DNA of 44,736 bases from a virus (Duplodnaviria > Caudoviricetes): IMG/VR virus record IMGVR_UViG_3300036783_000226, positions 1 to 44,736 of that record. One strand, given 5' to 3'. Positions 1-9,403 of this stretch are shown here, in pieces; the first letter of the stretch is position 1; every line of letters begins with the position of its first letter. Position numbers and translations under genes: made by a program. The notes under the pieces were generated by a model that worked only from the letters and a program-made list of their open reading frames with translations, was not told where the DNA came from and made no database searches.

Positions 1-2
1 CG

Positions 3-1259
3 ACGTACCTGCGGGTGCTGGGCGCGGCGGGCTGCCTCGACGCCGGGGGCCCGCTGACCGCCGGGTTCACCGCCACCGCCATGCGCACCGACAAGCTCGC
101 GCTGGGCAAGGTGTGGCAGGAGATCGCCTACCAGATCGGCATCGTGCAGATGATCGCGGAGGACTACCTGTGCGACGTGCGCGGCCAGCAGATCGGCACG
201 GACTTCGACCTGGCCAACGTTACCAAGGCGCACGGCGACTACACCGACGGGTCACTCGGCCAGGAGCTCGAGCGATCCGACGCGCTGGAGGCGTCGGTGG
301 AGGCGTGGCTGAAGTACGCCGTGGACGACCGGCACCCGGACGGGCGGCAGACCGTGGCGTTCACGCCGACCGTCGCCACGGCGCACGCGCTGGCGGCCAT
401 CTTCCGCCGCCGGGGCGTGCCGGCCGAGGCGGTGGACGGCACCACCCACCCGGACGACCGGCGGGACCGGCTGGCCCGGGTGGCGAGCGGGGAGACCCGG
501 GTCATCGTCAACTGCGCGGTGCTGACCGAGGGCTGGGACTGCCCGCCGGTGTCGTGCGGGCTGATGCTGCGCCCCACCCAGTCGGCGCCGTTTTTCGTCC
601 AGATGGCCGGGCGGATCCTGCGCAAGTTCACCGGCCTGATCAGCGGCGTGCCGTTCACCAAGGGCGACGCGCTGCTGCTCGACATCGCCGGGAACGACCA
701 CAAGCTGGCCACGCTGGCCACGCTGGCCGGGCTGAAGGAGCGGCCCAAGCCCGGCCAGACGCTGCTGGACGCCGCCGACGAGGAGGAGGGCCGGGAGCGG
801 GGCCGGCTGGCGATCGGCGCGGCCCGCACCCAGCAGGTCGAGCTGCTGCGGCGCGGCGACCTGCACTGGATCGACGTGGAGGGCTGCTGGGTGCTGCCCG
901 CCGGGGCGCACGCCCTGATCCTGGTCCCGGCCGCCCAGCCGGGCGAGGACTCCTGGGCGGTGTGGCGCACCGAGCGGAACCGGCCGCCGCGGCGCGAGTC
1001 GCACGCCGCGTTCACCCTGGACTGGGCGCAGGGCGTCGGCGAGGAGGTGGCTCGGGCGCACGGGGGCGTGCTGTCGCAGAAGTCGGCGGCGTGGCGGGCC
1101 GAGGGGGCCACCAAGCCGCAGCGGGACCGCCTCCGCGCGCTCAGCATCGAGTGGAAGCCCGGCCAGGGCCGGCTGACCCGGGGCGCCGCGTCGGACCTGA
1201 TCACCGCCAACGACCAGGCCCGGGTGATCCGGTACCTGCGGAACCGGGAGGCCCGGTGA
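3..1259 (+). CDS. Superfamily 2 (DEAD/DEAH-box) helicase, 5'-truncated by window edge
   Basis: Motif III GFTAT, motif IV TVAFTPTV, motif V NCAVLTEGWD, motif VI QMAGRILR; frame open from base 3. Confidence 0.9.
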   Translation, partial: TYLRVLGAAGCLDAGGPLTAGFTATAMRTDKLALGKVWQEIAYQIGIVQMIAEDYLCDVRGQQIGTDFDLANVTKAHGDYTDGSLGQELERSDALEASVEAWLKYAVDDRHPDGRQTVAFTPTVATAHALAAIFRRRGVPAEAVDGTTHPDDRRDRLARVASGETRVIVNCAVLTEGWDCPPVSCGLMLRPTQSAPFFVQMAGRILRKFTGLISGVPFTKGDALLLDIAGNDHKLATLATLAGLKERPKPGQTLLDAADEEEGRERGRLAIGAARTQQVELLRRGDLHWIDVEGCWVLPAGAHALILVPAAQPGEDSWAVWRTERNRPPRRESHAAFTLDWAQGVGEEVARAHGGVLSQKSAAWRAEGATKPQRDRLRALSIEWKPGQGRLTRGAASDLITANDQARVIRYLRNREAR

Positions 1260-2605
1260 CCGAGTTTGACCGGGTGCTGCCGCACGACGCGGAGGCGGAG
1301 CAGGCCGCGCTGGGCGGCATGATGCTGTCCCGGGACGCCATCACGGACGTGACCGAGATGCTGGGACGCGGCCCGTGGGAGGGCCCGCACCCGTTCTACC
1401 GGCCCGCCCACCAGGTCATCTACGAGGCCATCCTCGACCTGGACGGGGCCGGCGAGCCCGCCGACGCGATCTCGCTGGCGGCCCACCTGCGCCGGGCCGG
1501 GACGCTGGGCAAGGTCGGCGGCGGCCCCTACCTGCACGCGGTGCTGGAGGCCGTGCCGACGGCAGCGAACGCCGGCTACTACGCGCGCATCATCCGGCGC
1601 AAGGCGGTCGCCCGGGGCATGGTCGAGACCGCGATGCAGCTGGAGCAGGCCGGCTGGTCCGACGTGACCGACGACGGCGACCTGGCCGGGCAGGTCGAGC
1701 AGGGGTACCGGGTGCTGGACACCGCGTCCGGGCTGGCCGCCCAGCTCCGCGCCCGGCCGGTGGCCGAGCTGCTGCCCGCCACGCTGGACCGGGTGGAGCA
1801 GGGCCGGGCCCGGGGCCTCGGCACCGGCTGGTCCGACCTGGACCGGCTGACCGGCGGCTGGGGGCCCGGCCAGCTCATCACTGTCGGCTCCCGGCCCGCC
1901 ATCGGCAAGACCACCATCCTGCTCAACACCGCCACCTCGGCGGCGCTGGACGGTGTGCCGGTGCTGCTGGTCTCGCTGGAGGAATCCCGGCACGAGGTGC
2001 TGAACCGGATCATGGCGGCCCAGGCCAGCGTGACGCTGACCCGGCTGCGCGACGGCACCAAGGACGACGCGGACTGGGACAAGCTGGCCAAGGCCGCGAC
2101 CCGGGTGAACGACGCGCCGCTGCACATCACCGACGACGGCCACTTCAAGGTGCCGGACATCCAGGCCGAGCTGCGCTCCGCGCAGCGGGACCGGCGCCGC
2201 GACCCGTACGGGCTGGTCGTGGTGGACTACGCCCAGCTGATGGCCGCCGGCGGCCGGGCCGAATCCCGCCAGGTCGATGTCAGTGACCTGTTCCGCGAGC
2301 TGAAGCTGACCGCGCGGAAGTTCGACGTGCCGATACTGGTCGGCTCCCAGCTCAACCGCGGGCCAGAGCAGCGCTCCAACCACCGGCCGCTGCTGGCCGA
2401 CTTGCGCGACTCCGGCGCGGTCGAGCAGGACTCGGACATGGTGATCCTGCTGTACCGCGAAGACGCCTACGACGAGGACACGCACACCGACGTGATCGAG
2501 CTGCACGTGGCCAAGAACCGGCTGGGCGAGACCGGCACGGTGGAGCTGCTGTTCCGGGGCATGTACGCCTCGGCGCGGGGCCTGTACCAGGTGGACATGC
2601 CGTGA
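1256..2605 (+). CDS. dnaB: Replicative DNA helicase, DnaB family
   Basis: N-terminal PHDAEAEQAALG, Walker A GSRPAIGKT, VVVDYAQLM, SQLNR, DLRDSGAVEQDSD, KNRLG; GTG start overlaps helicase stop (GTGA). Confidence 0.95.
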   Translation: MTEFDRVLPHDAEAEQAALGGMMLSRDAITDVTEMLGRGPWEGPHPFYRPAHQVIYEAILDLDGAGEPADAISLAAHLRRAGTLGKVGGGPYLHAVLEAVPTAANAGYYARIIRRKAVARGMVETAMQLEQAGWSDVTDDGDLAGQVEQGYRVLDTASGLAAQLRARPVAELLPATLDRVEQGRARGLGTGWSDLDRLTGGWGPGQLITVGSRPAIGKTTILLNTATSAALDGVPVLLVSLEESRHEVLNRIMAAQASVTLTRLRDGTKDDADWDKLAKAATRVNDAPLHITDDGHFKVPDIQAELRSAQRDRRRDPYGLVVVDYAQLMAAGGRAESRQVDVSDLFRELKLTARKFDVPILVGSQLNRGPEQRSNHRPLLADLRDSGAVEQDSDMVILLYREDAYDEDTHTDVIELHVAKNRLGETGTVELLFRGMYASARGLYQVDMP

Positions 2606-2796
2606 GCTGGCGCCGGGACGCGGAGATGCTGCTGGCGCTGCGCGCGGCCACCGCCCAGATCCGCGCCGCGTTCACCGCCGACCGGGCCTGGTGGGCCCGC
2701 AACGACCCGGTGGCGTACGTGTGGCTGTGCCGGGCCGAGCGGCGCGGCGCGCGGGTGCCCTGGTCTGAACCGCCTTGCCACCCTGCCCGTATATGA
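2602..2796 (+). CDS. Hypothetical protein
   Basis: GTGA-coupled to dnaB. Confidence 0.5.
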   Translation: MSWRRDAEMLLALRAATAQIRAAFTADRAWWARNDPVAYVWLCRAERRGARVPWSEPPCHPARI

Positions 2797-2850
2797 TAAT
2801 AATGAGGTGTGCCGCCCGGCTGGCCTGGGGCGGCCTGACTGAAGGAGACC
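2790..2850 (+). promoter_or_regulatory. Putative promoter (-10 TATGAT), leader hairpin and RBS motif GACTGAAGGAGACC
   Basis: AT-rich TATGATAATAAT at 2792; GCCGCCC/GGGCGGC stem 2811-2834; same layout recurs at 5372-5421. Confidence 0.6.
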
Positions 2851-2854
2851 CGTC

Positions 2855-3487
2855 ATGACACAACCCGTCACCGAACGCCTGCGTGAGGGCGAGTGCCCCC
2901 GGTGCGGGCGGCCCACTGACGCCCCCGGCCCGTGCACCGCGTGCCTGGCCCCCGGCGGCGCGGAGGCGCCCGTCCCCGCGCCGGGCCCGGCCCGGGTGGG
3001 CCTAGTCCAGGCCGCCGACCTGCTGGCAGCTGAGCGTAGCCACGCTGCCTACGCCCACGGCCTGCCGGTGCGCCTGGTCAACATCGCCACCTGGGATGAA
3101 CCGTTCGACCCGGAGCTGGTCTTGTCCGGGCGGCGGCTGGTCGCCAACGCGCAACGGCCGCTGGCCGGCGATCCGACCTGGACGGGGGAGTTCCGGCACG
3201 GCAGCCTGTACGCCGCCGCCCCGGAGGTGCCCGACGCCCTGTTCGGCGGCTGGCGGCGCGACGACGGCCACCTGATCGCGTTCACCGACGACCAGCAGAT
3301 CGCCCTCGCGTGCTTCGCGTACGCGCGGAAGGAGTACGGCTTCACTTACGAGGCGCTGGCCGAGGAAGGCATCACCGTCGCGGACATCGCCTACGGCAAG
3401 CGGTGGCCGCTGGTCCGGGACGACAACCGCGAGCCGGGCCGGTTCGGCCCGGACGGCACCTGGATACCGCAAGGCGTCGGGTCGTGA
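2855..3487 (+). CDS. Hypothetical protein with N-terminal CxxC...CxxC zinc ribbon
   Basis: Strong RBS; CPRC...CTAC. Confidence 0.75.
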   Translation: MTQPVTERLREGECPRCGRPTDAPGPCTACLAPGGAEAPVPAPGPARVGLVQAADLLAAERSHAAYAHGLPVRLVNIATWDEPFDPELVLSGRRLVANAQRPLAGDPTWTGEFRHGSLYAAAPEVPDALFGGWRRDDGHLIAFTDDQQIALACFAYARKEYGFTYEALAEEGITVADIAYGKRWPLVRDDNREPGRFGPDGTWIPQGVGS

Positions 3488-3849
3488 CCGCGCCGCTGAC
3501 CGACCGGGACATGCTGGCCCGGACGCTGATGATGATCGACAGCGGCAACTGCTGTGACGCCTTCGAGTCGATGGGCGTCTACATGAAGACCATGTGCCCC
3601 GGCCCGAGGCGTCGGCCCGTTCACATGATGTCGTGCGCGCAGGCGACGGCGGCGTGGGAGCTGCGCCGGTACCTGGAGCGGCGCGGCGGCTGGTGCCCCG
3701 AGCACGGAGTGGACCTGCACCGCTGCCACCCGGCCGCCGAGCGGCCGGACCCGGGCAGCGTCGTGCCCACGCACCCGTCCCACCCCCGGCTGTGCTACTG
3801 CGCGCCGGTAGTGCGCAACCAGCGCGGCACCCTCCAGGCGGTGGCGTGA
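3484..3849 (+). CDS. Cys/His-rich hypothetical protein
   Basis: GTGA overlap with upstream stop; high-GC3 codons. Confidence 0.65.
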   Translation: MTAPLTDRDMLARTLMMIDSGNCCDAFESMGVYMKTMCPGPRRRPVHMMSCAQATAAWELRRYLERRGGWCPEHGVDLHRCHPAAERPDPGSVVPTHPSHPRLCYCAPVVRNQRGTLQAVA

Positions 3850-4145
3850 TGCGCGACTACTCCCGGTATTACCTGAGCTGGCGCTTCGCCGGCCAGTGGG
3901 CGCGGTTCGCGGCCGGCCTGGGCCTGATCATCTGGATGACCGTGGCGCACGTCAGCCCGCCGCTGTGGGCGTTCGCCACCGTGCTGGGCCTGTGGGTCGG
4001 CCGGTCGTTCATTTCCCGCCGGTACGAGCTGCGGTGGCTGTCCGAACGGCTCAAGCCCCCGCCCGCGCCCGAGGCGCCGCCGGCGCGCAAGACCTTGCGC
4101 GCCCACGTGGTCCACATCAACGGCAGGCCCGGGGGTGAGCCGTGA
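3849..4145 (+). CDS. Small membrane protein (about 2 TM)
   Basis: TGATG coupling; two hydrophobic segments. Confidence 0.65.
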   Translation: MRDYSRYYLSWRFAGQWARFAAGLGLIIWMTVAHVSPPLWAFATVLGLWVGRSFISRRYELRWLSERLKPPPAPEAPPARKTLRAHVVHINGRPGGEP

Positions 4146-4486
4146 CGACGGCGGAAGGGCGCCTCAAGGGCAACCAGAGCCGGCAGACCTGCAACCGGGC
4201 CGACCTGGTGTGGCAGCTCTGGTACGGCTACTCACCCGAGGACGCCGCCGCCCGGGTCGGCATATCGTCGCGCACCCTGCAACGCCACATCAACGCGCTG
4301 CTGGAGTCCACCCCGGACCCGGACGACTGGATCACCGCCGAGGTGATCGGCCGGCTCCGGCACCGCGCCGACCACCCCGGCGAACGGTGGGAGAACACCG
4401 TCCCGGTCTCCCGGCCGCGCAACGGCCGGGAATTCCACGACTACGCCCGCAACGCACCACCCTGGACTGGAGAGACCCCGCCATGA
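4142..4486 (+). CDS. Helix-turn-helix DNA-binding protein
   Basis: SPEDAAARVGISSRTLQRHI HTH pattern; GTGA coupling. Confidence 0.65.
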   Translation: MTTAEGRLKGNQSRQTCNRADLVWQLWYGYSPEDAAARVGISSRTLQRHINALLESTPDPDDWITAEVIGRLRHRADHPGERWENTVPVSRPRNGREFHDYARNAPPWTGETPP

Positions 4487-4929
4487 CCGACCACGACCAC
4501 GACGACCTGCCCCGGCCCGCGCCGCCGCCGCCGTTTGAGCCGCCCGCCCTGCTGGACGACGACACCTTCCGCGCCACCCCCACCTACGCCGCGCTGTGCG
4601 GCCAGTTCGGCCAGGACCCGGACACCCCGTGGGGGCTGATGAAGTTCGACAGCCTCACCGCGGCCGCCGAATTCCTGTGCCTGTACCACCGGGCCAAGGC
4701 CGACCTGGCACCCTGGACGGCAAGCCAGGTCGCCGCCTACTACGAGATGCTGACCCTGGCCCACGAACCCGACCGGGGCGGCCTGGTCTGGGCCGACCGG
4801 CACGGCCACGTGCTGGTCGTGATCGACCCGCGCGGCCGGTGGTGGCTGGGCACGTTCACCCCGGCCGACCCCGCGACGATGGCCACCGCGATGACCCGCG
4901 CCCACATCAACGACACCCCCCTGTCCTGA
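4483..4929 (+). CDS. Hypothetical protein
   Basis: ATGA coupling; RBS variant GACTGGAGAGACC. Confidence 0.7.
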   Translation: MTDHDHDDLPRPAPPPPFEPPALLDDDTFRATPTYAALCGQFGQDPDTPWGLMKFDSLTAAAEFLCLYHRAKADLAPWTASQVAAYYEMLTLAHEPDRGGLVWADRHGHVLVVIDPRGRWWLGTFTPADPATMATAMTRAHINDTPLS

Positions 4930-4947
4930 CCGAGGGAGACCCCCAGC

Positions 4948-5289
4948 ATGACCATCACGTTCACCAACGGCCGGACCGTCGCGCTGCGCTGGTGGCACGC
5001 CGCCGTGGCTGCCGCTGTCATCGCCGGCCTGGCCGTCCTGGCGGCCTGCTCCGGCCAGCTCAACGACCTCGGCGGCATCCAGCAGGCCAGCCCGGACTAC
5101 GCGCTGACCTACCTGAACGTGTCCGACTTCCCCAACGTCACGCTGATCTGCATTCGCGGGGTCGGGTTCGCCACTACCACCCGCACCGGCGTCGATCTCG
5201 TCATGGTGCCGCAGTGGGGCTCGTTCTGTGCGACCAAGCAGACCACCAGTCCGCGTCCCGCGCCCACGTCCACCGCGACCGGCTCATGA
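4948..5289 (+). CDS. Putative lipoprotein
   Basis: Hydrophobic signal ending in lipobox-like VLAAC; RBS present. Confidence 0.65.
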   Translation: MTITFTNGRTVALRWWHAAVAAAVIAGLAVLAACSGQLNDLGGIQQASPDYALTYLNVSDFPNVTLICIRGVGFATTTRTGVDLVMVPQWGSFCATKQTTSPRPAPTSTATGS

Positions 5290-5371
5290 CCGCCCGGGGG
5301 CGGCCAGAATGTCGGCGGGCCCGCTTACGGTGACAGATGACGGGGGGTACCGGGCCCGCGCCCCCGTGGGG

Positions 5372-5421
5372 TACTATGATTATTAGCGCCGCCCGCTGGC
5401 GGCAGGACTGAAAGGAAGACC
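5372..5421 (+). promoter_or_regulatory. Putative promoter (-10 TACTAT/TATGAT), leader hairpin and RBS
   Basis: GTACTATGATTATTA; GCCGCC/GGCGGC stem 5388-5403; GACTGAAAGGAAGACC. Confidence 0.6.
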
Positions 5422-5425
5422 GCCC

Positions 5426-6526
5426 ATGTCACACTATTTCGAGACTGGTTTCTGCGTCCGCAAGCCGTCCTGGCACGGCCTGGAGGACCTGAAGCAGGAA
5501 TACCCCGAGAGCTGGGAGCAGGCCCGCGAATGGGCCGGCCTGACCTGGGACCCGATCGCGGACCCGATCTACGCGCGGCACACCACCGACGAGGAGATGC
5601 TGACCGGCATCGGCAACCTGCTGGGCAACAACGCGCAGGCCAGCCAGGAGCAGATGGCCGCCGTGATGCTGGACTACTTCAAGGCCAGCCTTCAGGAGAT
5701 GCCCGAACACCAGCGCATCTACCGGTCTGACGACTTCGGCCACACCCTCGGCACCACCAGCCGCAAGTACGAGCCCATCACCCACGGCGACTTCGGCAAG
5801 ATCATGGAGGCCGTGCTAGAGCTGCCCGAGGTCAAGTACGAGACGGCGGGCAGCGTGGAGGGCGGCAAGTGCACCTGGGCGCTGGCCTACCTGGACGAGC
5901 CGGTGCAGTTCGCCGCGAAGGGCCGCAAGGACGCCTCGCTGACGCTGCCGTACGTGGCGCTGACCGCCCGGCACGACGGCATGGGCGGGGTCCGTCTCCA
6001 GCCCACCTCCGTCCGCGTGGTCTGCGCCAACACGTTCCGCATGGCGGAGCTGGAGGCCGACCAGCACGGCGCGGTGTTCACGTTCGTGCACCGGGCCAGC
6101 TGGGCAGAGCGGATCGACGAGGCCCGCGACGCGATCAGGGGCGCCCGCGCCGACTTCAAGGCGTACCAGGAGTGGGCCGAGGAAATGCTCGGCATCAAGA
6201 TCACCGCCAAGCAGCAGGAGACGTTCGTCCAGGCGTTCATCCCGATGGAGCCGGGCATCACCGACAAGGCCGCCGCGAACGTGGAGAAGGCACGCGCGGC
6301 GGTGCGCGGCATCCTGGAGGGCAAGACCTCCGTGGGCGTCGAGGGCACCGGGTACGCGCTGGTGCAGGGCGCCGGGGAGTTCCTGGACCACTACCGGATG
6401 ACCCGGGGCAAGGCCGGCACCATGGAGCGGCAGCAGGCAATCTTCCGCCGCCAGATCCTGGAGCCGAGCAAGGCCAAGCTCAAGGCCGTCAGCATCGTCC
6501 GCGACATCGCCGGGCTGCCCGTCTGA
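5426..6526 (+). CDS. DUF932/DUF945-like phage/plasmid protein
   Basis: PSWHGL, AGLTW, YETAGSVEGGK, HDG, PTSVRVVCANT motifs. Confidence 0.85.
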   Translation: MSHYFETGFCVRKPSWHGLEDLKQEYPESWEQAREWAGLTWDPIADPIYARHTTDEEMLTGIGNLLGNNAQASQEQMAAVMLDYFKASLQEMPEHQRIYRSDDFGHTLGTTSRKYEPITHGDFGKIMEAVLELPEVKYETAGSVEGGKCTWALAYLDEPVQFAAKGRKDASLTLPYVALTARHDGMGGVRLQPTSVRVVCANTFRMAELEADQHGAVFTFVHRASWAERIDEARDAIRGARADFKAYQEWAEEMLGIKITAKQQETFVQAFIPMEPGITDKAAANVEKARAAVRGILEGKTSVGVEGTGYALVQGAGEFLDHYRMTRGKAGTMERQQAIFRRQILEPSKAKLKAVSIVRDIAGLPV

Positions 6527-6624
6527 CCCGTGCCCGGAGCCGCCCGGCCCGCCCCCGCCTCGATAGGGGACGGCCGGGCACCGGGCTATCTCCCACCCGA
6601 CCGAGCAGAAAGGAGGCGGGGCGG

Positions 6625-6987
6625 ATGCCGACTACCACACGCACCCGGCACCGCCGGATCGCTGACTGGCTGTACGCCGCCGACGTGGCCCGCCTGGCCG
6701 GGGTGACCGTGCAGACCATCTGGCGGTACAACTCGGTGGCCGAGGCGAACCGGGAAGCGGGCACGCCCGGCCCGCGCGACCTGCCCAAGGCGTTCCGCGA
6801 GCCGAACCCGCGCGGCGGCCGGCCCCGGCTGAAGTGGCGCGGCCGGGACATCGAGGCGTGGCTGGAGGTGCGGCAGGGCCCCGGCAAGCCCCCGGCAGAC
6901 GGGTCCAGGCCCGCCCCGGCCGGGTCCAAGCTCGGCCGCGCCCCGCGCAAGCCAGGACCCAAACCCCGCACCACCGCCCGCACCTGA
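6625..6987 (+). CDS. MerR/AlpA-like winged HTH protein (excisionase-like)
   Basis: AADVARLAGVTVQTIWRY...LP...GRPRLKWRGRDIEAWL; RBS AGAAAGGAGG. Confidence 0.7.
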   Translation: MPTTTRTRHRRIADWLYAADVARLAGVTVQTIWRYNSVAEANREAGTPGPRDLPKAFREPNPRGGRPRLKWRGRDIEAWLEVRQGPGKPPADGSRPAPAGSKLGRAPRKPGPKPRTTART

Positions 6988-7024
6988 CCCGAACCTGAAA
7001 CCCTGACTGAAGGAGACCCCCCCC

Positions 7025-8311
7025 ATGACCGACGAGACTTTCCCGCCGCCCGGCGGCTGGCAGGGCGCATCCGGCCCGATGACCGAGATACCGCTGGCCC
7101 GCGCGCAGGAGCTGCGCGACACCGTGACGGCGCTGCGCGCCGAGCTGGCCGCCGCCCCGGTGCTGATCGCCGCCGAGATCAACCGGCTGGCCCGCGCCAG
7201 CGACGGCACCTGGCTGTCCGGCGGCGACTTCATCGCCAAGCTGGGCCCGTGGCTGGAAGCACGCGGCGCCGACCCGCGCGAGCCCGACGAGCGGACAGAC
7301 TGCCATGAGGATTGCACCTGGCCGGCCGGCCCGCACACGGACTGGTGCATCACCGACCCCGGCGGGGAAGCGCCGGTGCTGCGTGAACGGCAGGTGAACC
7401 TGGCCGCGTTCCACGTGGACCATGACGGCGACCCTACGGCCGACCCGGGCCGGGCCCGGATCATCGTGCATGGCGACTGCGGCCGGACCGTGTGCCCGCT
7501 CGACCTGGGCAGCGACGTGTCCGAGCTGCTGGACGTGGTCGTGGCGCACGGTCTGGACTGCCCCGGGCAGGGCGCGGTGACGGTCAGCCCGGACGGCGAC
7601 GGCGGCCTGATCATCGACACCGGCCAGGTAGTGATGGCCGCGCCGGTCAACCGCGCCGCTCAGCCGCCGGGCGGGGGCCCGTTCCTGCCCGGCGACGTGC
7701 AGCCGCCCCGCTCGTGGGTGCTGCGGGAGCGGGCCGGGTGGACCGCCGCCTACGCGCTGACCGTCCAGGTCCAGCTCACCGGCGGGCACCCCGGCCTGGT
7801 GTTCCACGGCATCCCCGGCGGCCTCGCCTGCGACGTGGCGATCGAGCTGGACGGCGGAACGTACCTGACCACGCTGGTCAACCCCGGCGCTGGCTACATG
7901 AAGTCACCCACCGGGTTCGGCGTGGGCGGGCTCGGGTCCGGGTGCGCCGCGCTGGCGCACGCGCTGATCGTGGCGGCGCTGGGCCGGTGGGCCGTCTGCA
8001 CGGACTGCGCAGGCACCGGCAAGACCACCGTCCTAGTTGACGGCGAAGACCGGCCCTGGCAGGAAGGTGATGACCCCGAGGCCGTGGTGACGTGCTTCGA
8101 CTGCGACGGGTGGGGGATCGCCGTCAGCCCCCGCGTGTACCAGCGGTTCAAAGAGCAGGTCATCAGCCCGATCGACGCCGGCACCGAGTGGCGGATCAGT
8201 CGGGCCCGCATCCTGACCTGGCTGGCAGACCAGGACGCCGACCCAGACCTGGCCGCCGCCGCCGTGGCCGCCGCGATCCACTACGAGGGCCAGCGCGGGG
8301 AGGTGCAGTGA
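7025..8311 (+). CDS. Multidomain protein with C-terminal DUF6166-like domain carrying a CxxCxGxG zinc-finger insert
   Basis: SPTGFxxGxxGSGxAALA...YQRFKEQVI...W..I..WL; CTDCAGTG...CFDCDGWG. Confidence 0.65.
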   Translation: MTDETFPPPGGWQGASGPMTEIPLARAQELRDTVTALRAELAAAPVLIAAEINRLARASDGTWLSGGDFIAKLGPWLEARGADPREPDERTDCHEDCTWPAGPHTDWCITDPGGEAPVLRERQVNLAAFHVDHDGDPTADPGRARIIVHGDCGRTVCPLDLGSDVSELLDVVVAHGLDCPGQGAVTVSPDGDGGLIIDTGQVVMAAPVNRAAQPPGGGPFLPGDVQPPRSWVLRERAGWTAAYALTVQVQLTGGHPGLVFHGIPGGLACDVAIELDGGTYLTTLVNPGAGYMKSPTGFGVGGLGSGCAALAHALIVAALGRWAVCTDCAGTGKTTVLVDGEDRPWQEGDDPEAVVTCFDCDGWGIAVSPRVYQRFKEQVISPIDAGTEWRISRARILTWLADQDADPDLAAAAVAAAIHYEGQRGEVQ

Positions 8312-8733
8312 CGGGCAACCACTATGCCGGGCCGGGTGAGGAACCCCGCTACGACCACCCGACATCCGAATGCACCCCGGACGGGTGCGGCCGGCTACCC
8401 AGCGGGCACCTGGCTGAGGGCATCATCACCGACCTGATAGGACGCGAAGCCCCGGTGCGCGCCACCTCCCGCCACTCCGGCGCCACCTGGACCGGGCGGG
8501 TCGTCGGCTACTGCGACGGCCCGGCGGTCACGCTCGACACCAGCACCGGGAAGGTCATGCTCAAGCTGAGCGAGGTGACCCTCCGGGAGACCAGCTACGA
8601 CGAGGCGATGTACGTGGACCGCAATGTGCTGCACGCCGGCCTCGCCGCGATCCTCGAGAAACACACCAGCGCGGACCCGGGCGCGGTGGCCGGCGCGGTG
8701 GTGGCGTGGCTGCGGGAACGGCTCGCGCCATGA
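8308..8733 (+). CDS. Hypothetical protein
   Basis: GTGA coupling, GGAGG RBS. Confidence 0.65.
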   Translation: MTGNHYAGPGEEPRYDHPTSECTPDGCGRLPSGHLAEGIITDLIGREAPVRATSRHSGATWTGRVVGYCDGPAVTLDTSTGKVMLKLSEVTLRETSYDEAMYVDRNVLHAGLAAILEKHTSADPGAVAGAVVAWLRERLAP

Positions 8734-8957
8734 CCCGGCCCAAGCCCGCGCGGCAGCGGACCTCCAAGCCGGCCGAACGCACGGCGGCCGAGGGCAGCCT
8801 GCGCCGCCGCTGGGATCACTACATCACCCACCTGGACGACGCCCGGTTCGGCTACCTGACCGCCCACTGGGATGACGTGCGGCTCGTGCTGGACCAGGTG
8901 CTGACGGCGGGCACCCCGGCCGAGCTGCCGCCCGAGCTGCGGGAGCTGACCCGGTGA
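8730..8957 (+). CDS. Hypothetical protein
   Basis: ATGA coupling. Confidence 0.6.
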   Translation: MTRPKPARQRTSKPAERTAAEGSLRRRWDHYITHLDDARFGYLTAHWDDVRLVLDQVLTAGTPAELPPELRELTR

Positions 8958-9403
8958 GCCGTGCCAGGCCGCCGGACGGCGTGTGGGCCGTGACCTGCCA
9001 GCGGTGCGGCCTGCCGGCGTGGAAGACCCGGCTCAACCCTGACGCGATGCGCAAGGCGGGGTACAGCAACAACACCGTCCTGCTGGCCCCGCGTCGGTCA
9101 GAGCGGGGCAACCTGACGGTCAACCGGGCCGGCCTGGCCGTGTTCACCGGCCGGTTCCCCGGCACGCTGGAGCGGCATCGCTGCCCCGCTGCGGTGGCCC
9201 GGTGCAAATACTGCGCCGAGCCGGTGCGGATCCTGGCCCAGCCGCCCGGCGCCGAAGAGGTGCTGGCCGTGGTCGATGCCGACCCGGACCCGGCCGGGAT
9301 GGTGGCCGTCAACCCGGCCGGCTACGCCGTGCGCGACCCCGGCCGGGCCGTGCCCGGCGCCCGGTACCGGTGGCACACCCTGCACGAGGCGGGCGCCCGG
9401 TGA
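8954..9403 (+). CDS. Hypothetical protein with two CxxC modules
   Basis: GTGA coupling; CQRC and CKYC repeats. Confidence 0.65.
   Translation: MSRARPPDGVWAVTCQRCGLPAWKTRLNPDAMRKAGYSNNTVLLAPRRSERGNLTVNRAGLAVFTGRFPGTLERHRCPAAVARCKYCAEPVRILAQPPGAEEVLAVVDADPDPAGMVAVNPAGYAVRDPGRAVPGARYRWHTLHEAGAR

Noticed and set aside
113-1255. N-terminal 380 aa of the 830-aa ORF
   Set aside because: Off-frame shadow of the helicase gene; DnaB similarity starts at GTG 1256
239-2506. 755-aa minus-strand ORF and similar long antisense ORFs (10414-11829, 17038-18834, 37822-39561, 43341-44630)
   Set aside because: Stop-poor shadows of high-GC genes; low-complexity Arg/Gly/Pro/Ala translations with no motifs
6625-6987. 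Integration module implied by the excisionase-like HTH
   Set aside because: No integrase or att-like site in the window; lifestyle cannot be determined
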